In this document: one piece after another, positions 1 to 29,509 of the stretch
Position numbering within the stretch: position 1 is the stretch's first letter
Layout of the letters: each line of letters starts with the position of its first letter
Source: Amoebidium appalachense
Taxonomy: Eukaryota > Protista > Ichthyosporea
Assembly (NCBI GenBank): GCA_963693365.1
Contig: CAVNZM010000002.1
Coordinates: forward strand, 4,666,259 to 4,730,258
Reading direction: 5' to 3'
Length of the DNA stretch: 64,000 nt
Program-made: the position numbers and the translations under genes
Notes under the pieces: generated by a model
What the model was told of the DNA's origin: nothing
Seen by the model: only the letters and a program-made list of their open reading frames with translations
Databases searched by the model: none

Positions 1-8967
<8,967 letters not shown>

Positions 8968-10219
8968 GTTGAGGTCACTAACGTATCACTTAGTTTAGGA
9001 AGATGGATGGCGTAAGAGAAAATTCAAAGCGCGTGAGAGAAACTGATTTCAGACAGTATGATTGTGGCTGCCAAGCCTACACAGGACAGTGATGATAGGT
9101 TGTACGTGGCCAGCTAAAATGATATAAGCCACACAAAACGTTTAGTCCAAGGTCGAGCCGGGCCTGGCCTGCAGGAGCTGGCCTGCAGCTTGCCACCATC
9201 CAATCAGATCGAGGACACTGAAAAAGCGCGGGAACCCTATTAATTAGTTAGTTACCTTATATAGCCTAGAGGTGGGCCCGACAGCTAAATGCCGCCGTCG
9301 ACGTAAAAAGGCATACGAAAGCAAGTAAACTTTGCATACGAGTAATGCATCTACATGCCTCCAATAATTCAAATTACAAATATTTAGTGCATTTCCTCCT
9401 GTTGCTGCACCTGAAGCTTCGGCACTAGTACTGCCTGGCTGAGTGTGCACTGGGCACCGCGTCCGCACAGCGGAGCCGCAGCGTCGGTGGTCCCCCAAAA
9501 CTGACCGCGACTCAGTCATGCGCCCCAAAACTGGCAATCATCTCGACGCTATTTTCTACTTCAAAGTTCAAAGTGTAATTCTTAAGAAATTATTTAGCCC
9601 AGTCGCTGCCTTCAAAGAAATAAAGTTCGAACACTATTTAAAAATGACTGTTTTGCCTTTTAAAATGCACTCTCACATGCCTGGCATATTGTTGCGAATA
9701 GTACAGTATGTATACCGAGGACAGAGAGACCTAAAATTCGGTTTCTGAAATTTATAAGGAATTCTAGAGGGGTCCCAATATCACTATTTATATCCAATTG
9801 TTAGTTCTAGATCATAGTCATACTTGGTATTGCGTTTTCTTCATTGGCTGTAGCTAGAAGACCTACGTGCGCATGAAAGTATCATGTTCTACGCTCTTAA
9901 AGTTTGTTGTTAAAATTAATTGGCCGAGTTTGGTGTGCCATTCTTTTTTTAAAATTTTGTTACCCGAATGTTAAAACATATAATAGCCGCTCTGTTTATC
10001 GGAAGAATTGCGGAATTTCGGAATTTCATCCGGTCACCTGGCTGTTGCAGTTTGGGGAGCATTGGGGAGGGTTTTGTGGGGAGTTGTGGAGCCAGATTCT
10101 AGACCTTTGACCTTAGCACCCTCTTATTACCTTCTATGCTGTAAACTTACGTGGCAAACCACAGTAACCTAAAGAAAAAGTCTGTTTCGAGGCCTTACCC
10201 AGGCACCCCCGCCGGCACT
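8968..10219. promoter_or_regulatory. Divergent intergenic region between ASH2L and ALG5 (candidate bidirectional promoter)
   Basis: Head-to-head start codons 1.25 kb apart; the region lacks the simple repeats typical of introns. Function is inferred only. Confidence 0.45.
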
Positions 10220-17836
<7,617 letters not shown>

Positions 17837-18255
17837 GGGGTGGGTGCGTGAGAGAGAAGGGGTCGGGGGGGGGGGGGGGGGGGAGGGGAAGGGGTGGGGT
17901 TGGGGGGAGGGGAGGGGGGGGGGGGGGAGGGAGAGCGGAGGGGCACGGGAGGGAGGGGGGTCCGTTTACTCTACCTCTGATTCTGGTTGGGTTTGCCGAC
18001 GGGTTTTTTTTTAGGGTTTTTCCCCCTTCGTCTTTTTTTTTTTTTTTTTTGGTTGTGGGGGGGGGGGGGGGGGGGGGGGGGGGACAGAGATCAATGGGAA
18101 TGATTAGGGATTCTATGTGTTTTCTTCGTTTTTGGTTTTCGGTTTCGGCCTAATCTCTCTTAGTATGGCTGGTAGGCTTCAAGTTGGGCGGGTTTGAGTT
18201 GGGTGGTGGTGGTGGTGATGGTCATGGTGGTGCGTGCGCATGTGTGTAGGTTTTT

Positions 18256-18312
<57 letters not shown>

Positions 18313-18580
18313 GAGGGGGGGGGGGGGGGCAGAGGGGGGGGGGGGGGGCTTGTTGGCAGGCATGTCCCCTTTTTATTCTTTTTTTGTGCATCCTTTAGGC
18401 TCTTGCGATTCTGAATACGTTTCATTGGTGCTTTAATTTTTTAAACTTGAGAAGATATTATTCCTACTTTTCCTGTTGTTGTTAATACATGGATTTGTGA
18501 GCATGGCTCGCAGTGATTGACCGCCACCCTGACTGGTGATTATCACAATGGTCCCTTTCCCTCCCCCCCCCCCCCGGGGA

Positions 18581-18726
18581 ATAGGTCGAAACTCGGGTAC
18601 TGTGGATGACGTGGGCCCCCCTGAGGATGGGCTCTGCTTATTATGCATACTCTTTATGTATGGCTTGCATTCTGCATCGTGTTATCCGTTTGTTCTTGTG
18701 TACTTCGTACTTTTTGACGCATTCAA

Positions 18727-18728
<2 letters not shown>
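18581..18728 (+). repeat. Diverged copy of the repeat family downstream of ALG5
   Basis: GGTCGAAACTCGGG...GATGACGTGGGCCCCCCTGAGGATGGGCTCTGCTTA...GCATTCAAAA followed by poly(C). Confidence 0.85.
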
Positions 18729-18762
<34 letters not shown>

Positions 18763-20326
18763 CGGGGCACCCCAATAGACACACAAATACATACACGCAC
18801 ACGTGCACGCGCACACACACATGCACTGAGCAACACAGAAAAAGGTACGACACTCGGACACAGACAAAATTGCCTACACACAGAGACTCAGGAGACTCCG
18901 AGGGAGAAGGGGCGCCCCAGGGGGGGGATGGGGGGGGGGGGGGGGGGGGGGGGGGGGAGGGAGGGGGGCAAAGGACTCCGAGACGCAGACAGCTGCAGCA
19001 GGAGGCCTTGAGCAGGATATACATACATTTTCGCCTTCATGCAAGCAATAGGCGATTTGTAAGAAGTTGGGTTTTGGGGAGGGGGGAGGGGGGGGGGGGG
19101 TCGTCGATCGCGGTGACTGTGTGTACATGTGCCAGAGTATATAAGTTATATAAATCAATTTAGTGTGATGCACATGCATGTGATGTGCGTAAACATGTGC
19201 CGTCCTGCCACGCCCGCAGGCCCGTACACATTTGCACGAAATTTGCACGTGTACCGCACGGTCAAGGCCAGTGATACTCGACACATCAACTAATCATGAT
19301 CAGCAGATGCCGAGATGAGAAACCGTGTCACACGACACATGTGTACATGCACTTGTACCGCGAAAAGGCACGCTGCTTTCTGAGGCTTTTGTGGCTTTTC
19401 GTGAAGCCAATGACAACGTTGGCTGATGAGAGAGCCATGCGTGGGTGCTACGCATGTTGTACGTGCGCGCGTGCCCCTCTGACCATAAGCACGATACACG
19501 ATTTAGAAAGGACGTGCCACACGGCCCGGGGGTCAGTTGGACCGGCTTGCTGTGGCATTGAGCATTGGTACCCCTGTCACTTTTCTGTCTCTGTCTGTCT
19601 GCTTGAAACACGAGACCGAGTGATCTGTAGCAGGTTGACTCTAAAGCTCACAACAGAACTGGAATTGGTTTAGTTCGGAAGGGGTGGCGGGGGCACACAT
19701 ACATTAAATTTGTTGTTGTCTTCAACTGCGTGCATCCAAACGCATGTGACAAGTTGAACTTCCTTTTGTTTTTGAATTTGTCACGGTTTAATAAACTGTG
19801 TCCAAGTGTGGTTGTGTGTAGGCACATTGTCAATTGGCCGTGTTATTTTCGACAAGGGCCTTGGTGGTTCACTTTTTCCTCTCACACACACTGATAACAA
19901 AAGGAAGTCAGAGGGCACGGGACCGCACAGGCCTGTAGAGTGTCCATTGCATACCGTACGGTGTCACATTTAACACTTCCTGGTCCAACCCTTCATTTCA
20001 TCTTTCCCTTTTCCCATTTTGTTTTCACCCCTCATTTTTTGTCCGCCAACGGACCACCACCGCAACCTCTTGAACTTGTGTGCACCTCAGCGTGTATAAC
20101 AGCGTGGGCCCTCTCAGGTAAGTGACACGAGCCTGGTTGATTGAATTAAAAAAACCGTGTATGTGAATTTGACGGAAAGTGTAAATATGGCAGAATTGCT
20201 TTTCTATGCTCTGATTATTCCCCCTCTCCCCTCCCCCCTCACCCCGACCCCCACTGGCAGCTCCCGTCCCTGCCCTCCTCCTCCCCTCCCCCCCCTCCCC
20301 CCCCCCCCCCCACCCCCCCTTGTCCC

Positions 20327-20381
<55 letters not shown>

Positions 20382-20848
20382 AAACACACACTCAATCACT
20401 CAATTTATGATAGGTTCACGTACAAAAATGACACACATCATCAGAGTGTTAAGGGATAGCACACACTGCGGAAATCAAAATAGGTAATTGGGCCACACAG
20501 AGTGTGATATAAGGAAGGGCTTTTTCTGACCCCACATTTGCCCCCCGTTACACACAGGGACGTGGGTGTTGACCTTCAGAAAACGTCGATGCCTAGCTTT
20601 CCGACAAGAAAGGGAACACATGAAGATCGGTTATCATTTTCATCCTAGTAAAACATTATGTAATCGGTTTCTGCAGCTGCACCCAACTATAGAGAAACGG
20701 AGGGAAGCAAGCAATCCAAATTCCGTTGCAAGGGAAAGACAACGCAGTCCACGGGGACCAGAAAAGAAACAAAACCAAACCCATACCACACACATCAAAA
20801 CCACCACTGTGACTGAAGCGTCAAAAAACGAAAACGAAAAACGGGAAA

Positions 20849-21001
20849 ATGGAGGGAATGTCCATCACAACCACAGCCACTGTTACCGTGGAGGCAGAGA
20901 GGGTTGAACCCGAAACCACCCTTCTTCGTGTTTGTGCGCCTGAATCCTCCCAAACCGAAGGATTCCAGTCAGCCAAGGCAGATGCTACCGTCGCAGGTAT
21001 T

Positions 21002-21040
<39 letters not shown>

Positions 21041-23801
21041 ACATCTCCCTTCCTCTCCCCCTTCCCTCCCGCTCCCGGACCCCCCTCCAAACACACGCAC
21101 AGCCAAACACATGTACATATATTGCCATGCTTATCCGCCCTGGGCTTCTTGGTTGTACACACACAGAGTTGGCAAACAGTTTTAGGAGGGGAGGGAACTG
21201 CCGAAATTTGGGGTGGATGGTTGGTGTCAGTGGTGGTGCTGGTGGTGCTGATGGTTGTTGGGGGTGAAGTGGGGAGGGTGGGTGGATTTTTTTGCGTGGG
21301 GGGTGGGGGGTGGGGGGGGGGGAGGGGGGGGTAGAGTTTCTATTGTTGTAAGACTAACAGTGAACTGTTGAGATCATGGCAGCCTGGGGGTGAATTAGGT
21401 GGGGTATATGGGTGAATACTATGCCATTGAATACCAGCCAGTTGTTGGGGGTGAAGTGGGGAGGGTGGGTGGATTTTTTTGCGTGGGGGGTGGGGGGTGG
21501 GGGGGGGAGGGGGGGGGGGGTAGAGTTTCTATTGTTGTAAGACTAACAGTGAACTGTTGAGATCATGGCAGCCTGGGGGTGAATTAGGTGGGGTATATGG
21601 GTGAATACTATGCCATTGAATACCAGCCAGACCGTGTAACGGCGGATATCCATTAAATGTTTTTGTGGCACACGACATGTACAAACACACACCACTCTCA
21701 CAGTTCAACTTTGTGTTGTCCTACTTCTCCACTACCACGATAAACATTTTTCATTCCGAGGTTACCTCTCCCGTTTGCTCCCCCCCCCCCCCCCCCCCCC
21801 CCCCTTCCTCCTCCTCCCCCCCTCTCCCCCTCCCCCCCCTCCTTCACCCCGCCCCTCCTCCCCCCACCCCCCTTCCCCCCCTCCGCCTTTTCTGCCCATG
21901 TATCCCTGTTGTCCCTTCTCCCGCAAAACTTCTTCCCGCTTTCCCTTTCCCCATCCCTCAAACCCCCCCCCCCCCCCCCCCGGTAAAATTAACGGAATTC
22001 CGGTTCAGTGGGGCCGACCCGACCCGACTGTGTGGTCTACACGACTCTGTCCTCCCATTGGCGCAGAAACTGGTCACCTACTGCAGCAGCCGCAGATGGG
22101 GCAGGTGGGTGCAAGCCAATCAGATGCAGTAGTTTATAGCCTTAATAGGGAATACATTGATTTTCATTTGTTGTTCGAGTCAAAAACATGTGCAGTTTGG
22201 TGGAGGTCCGGCAGCTTTTACACGTAAAGCAGTAAAGAAACGTATTTATGTTGAAGTGAGAAAGATATGAAGGGAGGGTGGAGGAGAGGAGAAAAAAAGG
22301 GGGAGGGGGGGAGTAGGCTTTTGGTAGGAAACGGTGTATTAATTTAGTGGGGTTGTGTTCTGCGGGGCAGACTAAGGAGATGACGGCTGTCTGCCAATTT
22401 CTGGGGTTGCATCATGGCAAAATAAAGCAGCTTGATACTGAATGAACTCAGACTGAGTGGCGAGGATCGTTTGTTCATGCTTCGGACCACTGTATGTCGA
22501 TCGATAGCCGCTGATAAAATGAATAAGCCAATGACAACCATTCAACAATCCGGCCTGAGTTTACTGGTTCGTTTCAAGGGCATAATTTTAATACACATGG
22601 CGTCTAGTCCCTGCCTGACCTTATATAGAACCCAATCAACCCCTATTCCTGGCGGCAGCCAATCATGCTAATCCAATAAACCTACACAGGGTTAGGCGGC
22701 AGCAACAATTGGCTGCGCCGCATCAAGTGGGAGCTGAAAGTCCTGACCGAGTCCCTTCCCCCCACGGACAGCCCACTGTGCATCCGTGTGCTTGTGGACA
22801 CCGACAGACTCGATCTGATGAAGGCCATCATCCCCGGCCCCGAAGGTACGTAACCCCCCCCCCCCCCCCCCCCCCCTCCCCCCGCCTCCCTCCCCCCCCC
22901 CTCCCCCTTCCCCCCCCCCCCCCCCCCCCCCTCTCCCTCCCCATTGCCCTTTCCCCCCAATTCCCGTACAAATTTGAGGTAGTGCTCTTCTCCGTTGATT
23001 ACACATATCCCCTGTCCCGTCTCTTCTGGGCCCTCGTCCCGTTCTTCCGGGTCACCGGGGGAGATGGTTTTTCCACTGGGAGGGAGATGGTTTTTGAATA
23101 GAATTGGTCATCAGGGGGGATGGTTTGTTGCTAGAAGAATATTTGCATATTTTTCAAATCATGCGCATACAAACTTTTACCAGTGGCAATTGATCGGTCT
23201 TGCGAACTGCATACATATACCTACCCCTCCCCCCCCCTCCCCCCCCCCCCCCCCCCCTCCCCCCCTTCCCCCCTCCCTCCGTGCCCCCCTCCCCCCCCTC
23301 CCTCGCGTGTTGGCGCTCCACGAGCATTCTATCCTTGCGCAGTTTCTTCACTACCAAATGAAACAGCACACACTTAAAATCACATAAATGCAACCATACA
23401 TACACTCGTAATCAAACCACAATGACATCGAAGGCTGTAGACACATCCTCTTCTCCTTTTATCGGTTGTAAAGGAAAAAGAAGATAAAAAAGTTAAGCAT
23501 GAATTTGTCAACTGCATGCAGGCTAACAAATCTTATCTTCTCTTCCCGTCTCCCCCCCCCCTCCCCCTCCCCCCCTCCCCCCTCTTCCCCCCGAATTCAC
23601 ACACAAATACACGCATACACCTATCCTGCAGGCACACCGTATGCTCATGGCCTGTTTGAGTTCGACCTGCACCTGCCTGCCCGCTACCCCGCTGTGCCTC
23701 CCGAGGTTTATTTCCGCACCACAGGCCAGGGCAAAGCCCGCCTCAACCCAAACCTCTACGCATGCGGAAAGGCGAGCCTACCCCCCCCTTTTTTCCCACC
23801 G

Positions 23802-23836
<35 letters not shown>

Positions 23837-24301
23837 TTCGTCCCCTCTGTCACCCCGACCCAGTGCCCTATAGGATCAGTTCCTCACCTGACCCTATCTA
23901 AATAATACTAAGGTCTAATATAATCAAGTTTGTATCAATCATACTTAAATTCTAGTTAACCCGGTTATCGCATGTACTCATACACATGCACAAATGCTTA
24001 AAAAGTTATACGCGAGTTCACGCCAAGGCGCACATACGGGCACACCTACACCCATACACTACATACGTGCGAGAGAGAAAAATCCACGGCGTCACACCAT
24101 ATCATAATATTTGTGCGATGACACCTGGCCATGGCTTTAAATCTTCAGCTTTACCCCGCAGAAAAATTAGCTTTGTGCTCAAGACGAGAATTTTAAAGGC
24201 TTCAATGCACACAATGTTCATTCCCCAACTCCCCTCACCACTTCCCTCATTCCCCTCTCACCTCCCCCCGTCCCTCCCCCCGCCCCCCTGCCACTACACC
24301 A

Positions 24302-24364
<63 letters not shown>

Positions 24365-26648
24365 CACACACATATACACAAATGCCTACACCATGCTCAC
24401 ACAACACCGGCAACACATCCTCATTCACCCACACTCACCTATCCACTGACACCCACCCACCAATCCAGCCATGCACCAACCCACCCATCTCTCCCCAGCC
24501 CCCCTCCAAACAAAACACCCACCCACCCACCACACACGTACAGGTGTGCCTGTCCCTGCTAGGCACGTGGTCTGGGCCTGGCTGGCAGGGAGACCAGAGC
24601 ACGTTGCTCCAGCTTCTACTCTCCCTGCAGGCCCTGGTGCTCACCAGCAACCCGTTGGCAAATGAGCCAGGCATGCACGTGGGCCCAGCCTCCCCTGAAG
24701 CTGCACGCTACAACCAGCGTGTATGTTAGCCGATTGCAAGCCCCCCCCCCTCCCCCCCCCCCCCCCCCCCCCCCTCCCCCTTTTCCCCGGCACACACACC
24801 ACCATTACTATTTACCCCTCTAAGAGCCGTGAATCCCCCCCCCCCCCCCCCCCCCCTCCGGCCCCCTTGCCCCCCCAAAAAAGGGGGGAGAGGGGGAACT
24901 AAGGATACACACCCATACTTGTACACTTAGTCTAAACGTAATATTCTCCTTGCCCTCACCTGTGGACCCCCCCTCCCCCCTCCCCCCTCCCTCCCTCCCC
25001 CCCTCCCCCCCCCCCCCTCCCGCCCCACCCACTCTTCCTCCTCCTTCTCCCATTCCCTTCTAACTCTCTTTTCAATAGTTTCTTGTGCCTTTCTACATTT
25101 AAGATGTTTCTTCCCCCCTTTTCTTTTTCGTCTTTTTTTGTTGTCTGAGGCCCTGGGTGTGTGTGTGTGTGTAAGGTGTGTACACGTGTGTGTGTGTGTG
25201 TGTGGTGGTGGTGGTGGTGGTGGTGGTGGTGGTGGTGGGGGGGGGGGGGGGGGGGGTGAGGGGGGGGGAGAGGAAGGGGGAATGGGGAAAATGGGTGGAG
25301 GAAAAATGGTGAAGGGAGAAGTAGGGCGGACCGAATACTGACAACCAATCACCTCCGTCCTTGCAGGTGCGTCTTGCCACCATGCACTATGCACTGCTTG
25401 CCCACCTGAACACACCCTCCCCTGACATTGAGCCAATCGTACGCGAGTATTATTCAACCCACCGTGACATTGTGGTAGACAACATAAAGAAGTGGATGGA
25501 GATTCCTGAGGTAAAGTCCCCCCCCCCCCCCCCCCCCCCCCCTCCTCCCTCCCCGTTCCCCCCCCGGTCCAACCGGTCCTTCATGACCATTTTGTCAAAG
25601 GGCAGGGAGGGTGACGCCCTATTTCTTTGCCGAAACCAACACACACACACACACACACACACACATGCACACACACACATTCTGCCCAATAATGCAACTC
25701 CCTCCATTGTTCAAGTTTAACTGGAAGATGGGGAGGGAAGGGGACGGGGGGGAGGCAAAATGACAATTACAGCAGCACGGGTGGGGGGAGGAAAGGGAGG
25801 GAGGGGGGGGGGAGGGGGGGGGGGGGGGGGGGGGAAGCTCGAAGTGGCAATGTGGATGGCACAGTCACGTTTGTGCTTCCGCACGTGTCCCTTTTTCTCT
25901 CATTGAGGGGGGGAGGGGGGAGGGGGGAGGGGAAGGGGGAGGAAGATGATCCTCGTGTGCATGCGTGTTGTGTGTGTTTGTTCCCCCGCGTTGCGTCTGT
26001 TCCCTGTATATACCAGAACATTGCCGTGATGGACTGATATTCTGAATGTCTGAGAGCACATTTGTGGCTTTGAAAAAATGGTCGGATGCAAGGAAGGAGT
26101 AAGGTGTGTGTGCCACAGCGACCTCGCATGCGGTGGGTCAGAGGAGAGGAGAAAGGGGGAGTAAGGCGGGCTGGGGGGAGGGGGAGGGGGGCGGGGGGAG
26201 GGGAGCTCGAGAGCTCGAGAGAGAGCTCGAGTGAGAGAGAGAAAGGGAGACAGAGAGAGCTCGAGAGAGAAGAGAGCCACAGACACAGACAGACATAGAC
26301 ATTGACACAGACACAGACACGCGCAGGCAACACACACACACACGGAGAGACAAACAGAGAGAGACTGAGAATGGTAACAAAACCATTCCCATCCTGACAT
26401 TTTGGCCCCACCAGACCCCCGGCTACCTGCACTACGACATTGACGGCAGCTCATTCAACTACCGCACATACCAGGACACTGCAAGGTCCGTCCTGCGCGC
26501 CCTGACATGTGACCAATCAAGTCCCTCTGCTGCCGTCGGCATGGTAACCGCCCGTCCCCCCATATTCGCTACCAAAAAAGGAGTGCTCGGGACTGAAGAT
26601 ATGCCTTCTCCTTCGGCTGCGCTCAAAACTCTGGAGGCGGTTATGTGA
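20849..26648 (+). CDS. Ubiquitin-conjugating enzyme E2 of the UBE2Z/BIRC6/UBE2O-like group, 7 coding exons, ~364 aa
   Basis: Exons 20849-20996, 22009-22104, 22690-22845, 23632-23771 (GC donor), 24544-24720, 25367-25510, 26415-26648. Motifs LRRIKWELKVL, DRLDLMKAIIPGPEGTPYAHGLFEFD, YPAVPPEV, RLNPNLYACGKVCLSLLGTWSG (active-site Cys), STLLQLLLSLQALV, NEPG. The first two exons are less certain. Confidence 0.88.
21254..21630. repeat. Tandem duplication (~185 bp x2) in E2 gene intron 1
   Basis: GTTGTTGGGGGTGAAG...TGAATACCAGCCA is repeated directly; the copies differ mainly in G-run lengths. Confidence 0.92.
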
Positions 26649-26659
26649 TTTGTTTTTCC

Positions 26660-26690
<31 letters not shown>

Positions 26691-26910
26691 TTGGTAGTTG
26701 GGTAGAGAATCTTTTCCCGGGTTTATGCCATGGTGTGTGTCAGTAGATCAACCTGTGCGTCCTACGGTGCGCCAGTGTGTTTGTTGGCGCACATGTGCGT
26801 GTACGCGCTAGGGTGCGTGTGCGTGTGTAACGGGTGGCAAGCTAATGTTTTGTTTGTTTCTTCCAATACCGTAATTGTCGTGTGCGATTATGTGCGTACG
26901 TGTTCATGCA

Positions 26911-27098
<188 letters not shown>

Positions 27099-27167
27099 AT
27101 GTGTTTGTGTGTTTGTGTGTGTGTGTGTGCACGTGTGTGTGTGCATGCGTTTGTGTGTGTGTGTGTG

Positions 27168-27221
<54 letters not shown>

Positions 27222-27663
27222 GTGCATGTGTGCTTGTTGTGTGTGTGCATTATCTGGTGGTGGCCCACGGTGATGGTGCCTATGCTAGGGCTTTGCTACC
27301 CACCGGGTGTTTGAAAAGACTGAAGCTTGCACATCGAGGGAACCAAATATCAACAATGAACATGCATCGACTACTGGGATATTCGAAGCATTCGAATTCG
27401 TTGCAGTGGGGGTCTACTGTATTTTTTCCCTGTTACAGTTCTTTCTTTTGAGCTACTTTTGTAAGCTTACATTCAGGTGGTGGGGTTGAGCCACTGACAC
27501 AAAAACAATAAAAACACGTCGCCAATCCCGGAACCAATTTGTATGATTTCACCTAAATCCGTGATGTTTTTTTAATAAAACTCGAAAAAGTTTACAAACA
27601 GGAGTATTGCAGCTGACGGGAGGATGATCGCATCATCACCGTGTTTGTTTGTCCGCAAGACCC

Positions 27664-27699
<36 letters not shown>

Positions 27700-27764
27700 A
27701 CCTCCCTCTTTCTCCCTGCCCGCCCTTTCCCTTCCCTTCGCCCCCCAATCGCCCAGATACCAAA

Positions 27765-27818
<54 letters not shown>

Positions 27819-28117
27819 ACCGCCACCCCCCGAGCTCCCCCTCCCCCGGGGGGCCCCCGGAGTCCTAACCCCCAACATTGGCATGGCCATTGGCCACCCG
27901 GCCCGCCCTTGATCATTCCTGGTGCAACAATAGGTTAGGCTGCCATGTAAACCATTTATGCAGTCAGGCTGTCCTTCTGTGCAGCCGTTTCAGTTCTCCA
28001 CTATAGGTAATGGCCATGCCATGGACATGACGGTGTTTCCATTCGCACGTGTTTCAATGGTCGGAAGTGTATGTATGCATGTGTACTATCAGGCCAACCG
28101 ATACCCCAGTATTTCCT

Positions 28118-28149
<32 letters not shown>

Positions 28150-29509
28150 TATTTTCAAACTCTTGTCATGTATGATGTATGCTAGTGAGCAACACTGTTT
28201 GAAACGCAGGTACAGCGCTGTGGAAGGCTTCAGAATACAGAAACACGTGCTTCCATGCAGACCAACGCACGGAAAACGACGGAAGGAAAATGTGGACACG
28301 AACGAGCTTTCCTATTGGTCGTCTGCACAAGCTCATATTAGCTAGCGACTAAGCCGGGATGCTCCTTCTATACCGCGGCATTTTGCAATTTAGTAAATGG
28401 AAAAGATGTATCTAATACTTTTCTCTGCCATTCAGGGCATTTGTAGCCTCAGAGTATGCATTACAAAACTAATTAATATTAAAATATCATTTTGAATAGG
28501 AAGGAATGTAATAATATTAATACAGACTGTGAAATTGACGCCATGACGAACTTCTAGTTTATAGGAGGTTTTTCAAAAAATTGCTTTATGAGTCAGGGGG
28601 GTAATGATTCCAGGCAAATATGCTAAACTTCCTTCTTCAACAAGCTAAGCGATTGGATGCAGGGGGTTTTCACACTTTTTATTGCGTGGACATTGCCGGA
28701 GGCCCAGCCACATTCGACGGCCTACTGCGTTTTCCAGCACAGCCAATCAAATGCAGCCAGTGACATATGTACATGCTAGGCAACAATGAGCGCCATCGTA
28801 GTATCTGACACCCCTATTACATATTGAGCCGCTTCACGTGGGAGCTAGAATTTAGAAATGCGGCAAATCTGGAAGTTCTAAATTGTCTTTAGAACGTTCT
28901 AAATTGTTCCGGTTCGCACAGGTATGATTTAGATAATTTAGAAACTCTACATTGTTTCTTGCTTTGTTTAATAAATAAATGTAAAAACTTAACACTGAGA
29001 CTGTGATAAATATTTTATAAGCTTATAAATATGCATATTAATATTTTTGCAAGGTTTATATATACGTATCGCTGAAAACTTCATAACAAAACAGAAGACA
29101 GAAACTACAGCATAGCACAGGTATGCAAAAAACCCCTTTTGGACCAATGATCTTCAATAAGGTCATTGATTGGTCTAGACAAAATGCAGCCGACCAATCG
29201 GAAATCAGTTCAATTTCTAGATTGGCTCCAGACATCTGGAAGACCCCCCCTCCCCCCTCTTCCAGATTGCGACATCTGGAAGATGGGCATCCAGATTCTA
29301 GACCCTGATTAAGGGATACGGGATCGGCGATTTTGAGTGGTCCCCGATTTCTTTCTGGCGCCGCATTTTTTCCCCCTGATTACGTAACGCGTTGCTACGC
29401 ACCCACACCGTACAACGAGTTTTGTGTTCGCACGTTAACGCAGAGGGCGCACAACCCGAAAGAATTTTTTTCATGAAAAGAAACTACTTTGAATACATGC
29501 ACTTTTACC

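Noticed and set aside
9440-10110. Possible MITE (CCCCAAAACTG twice and inverted CAGTTTGGGG)
   Set aside because: Matches are short; no terminal repeat or TSD could be defined.
19296-19673. 125-aa ORF between ALG5 and the E2 gene
   Set aside because: No recognisable motif or splice structure.
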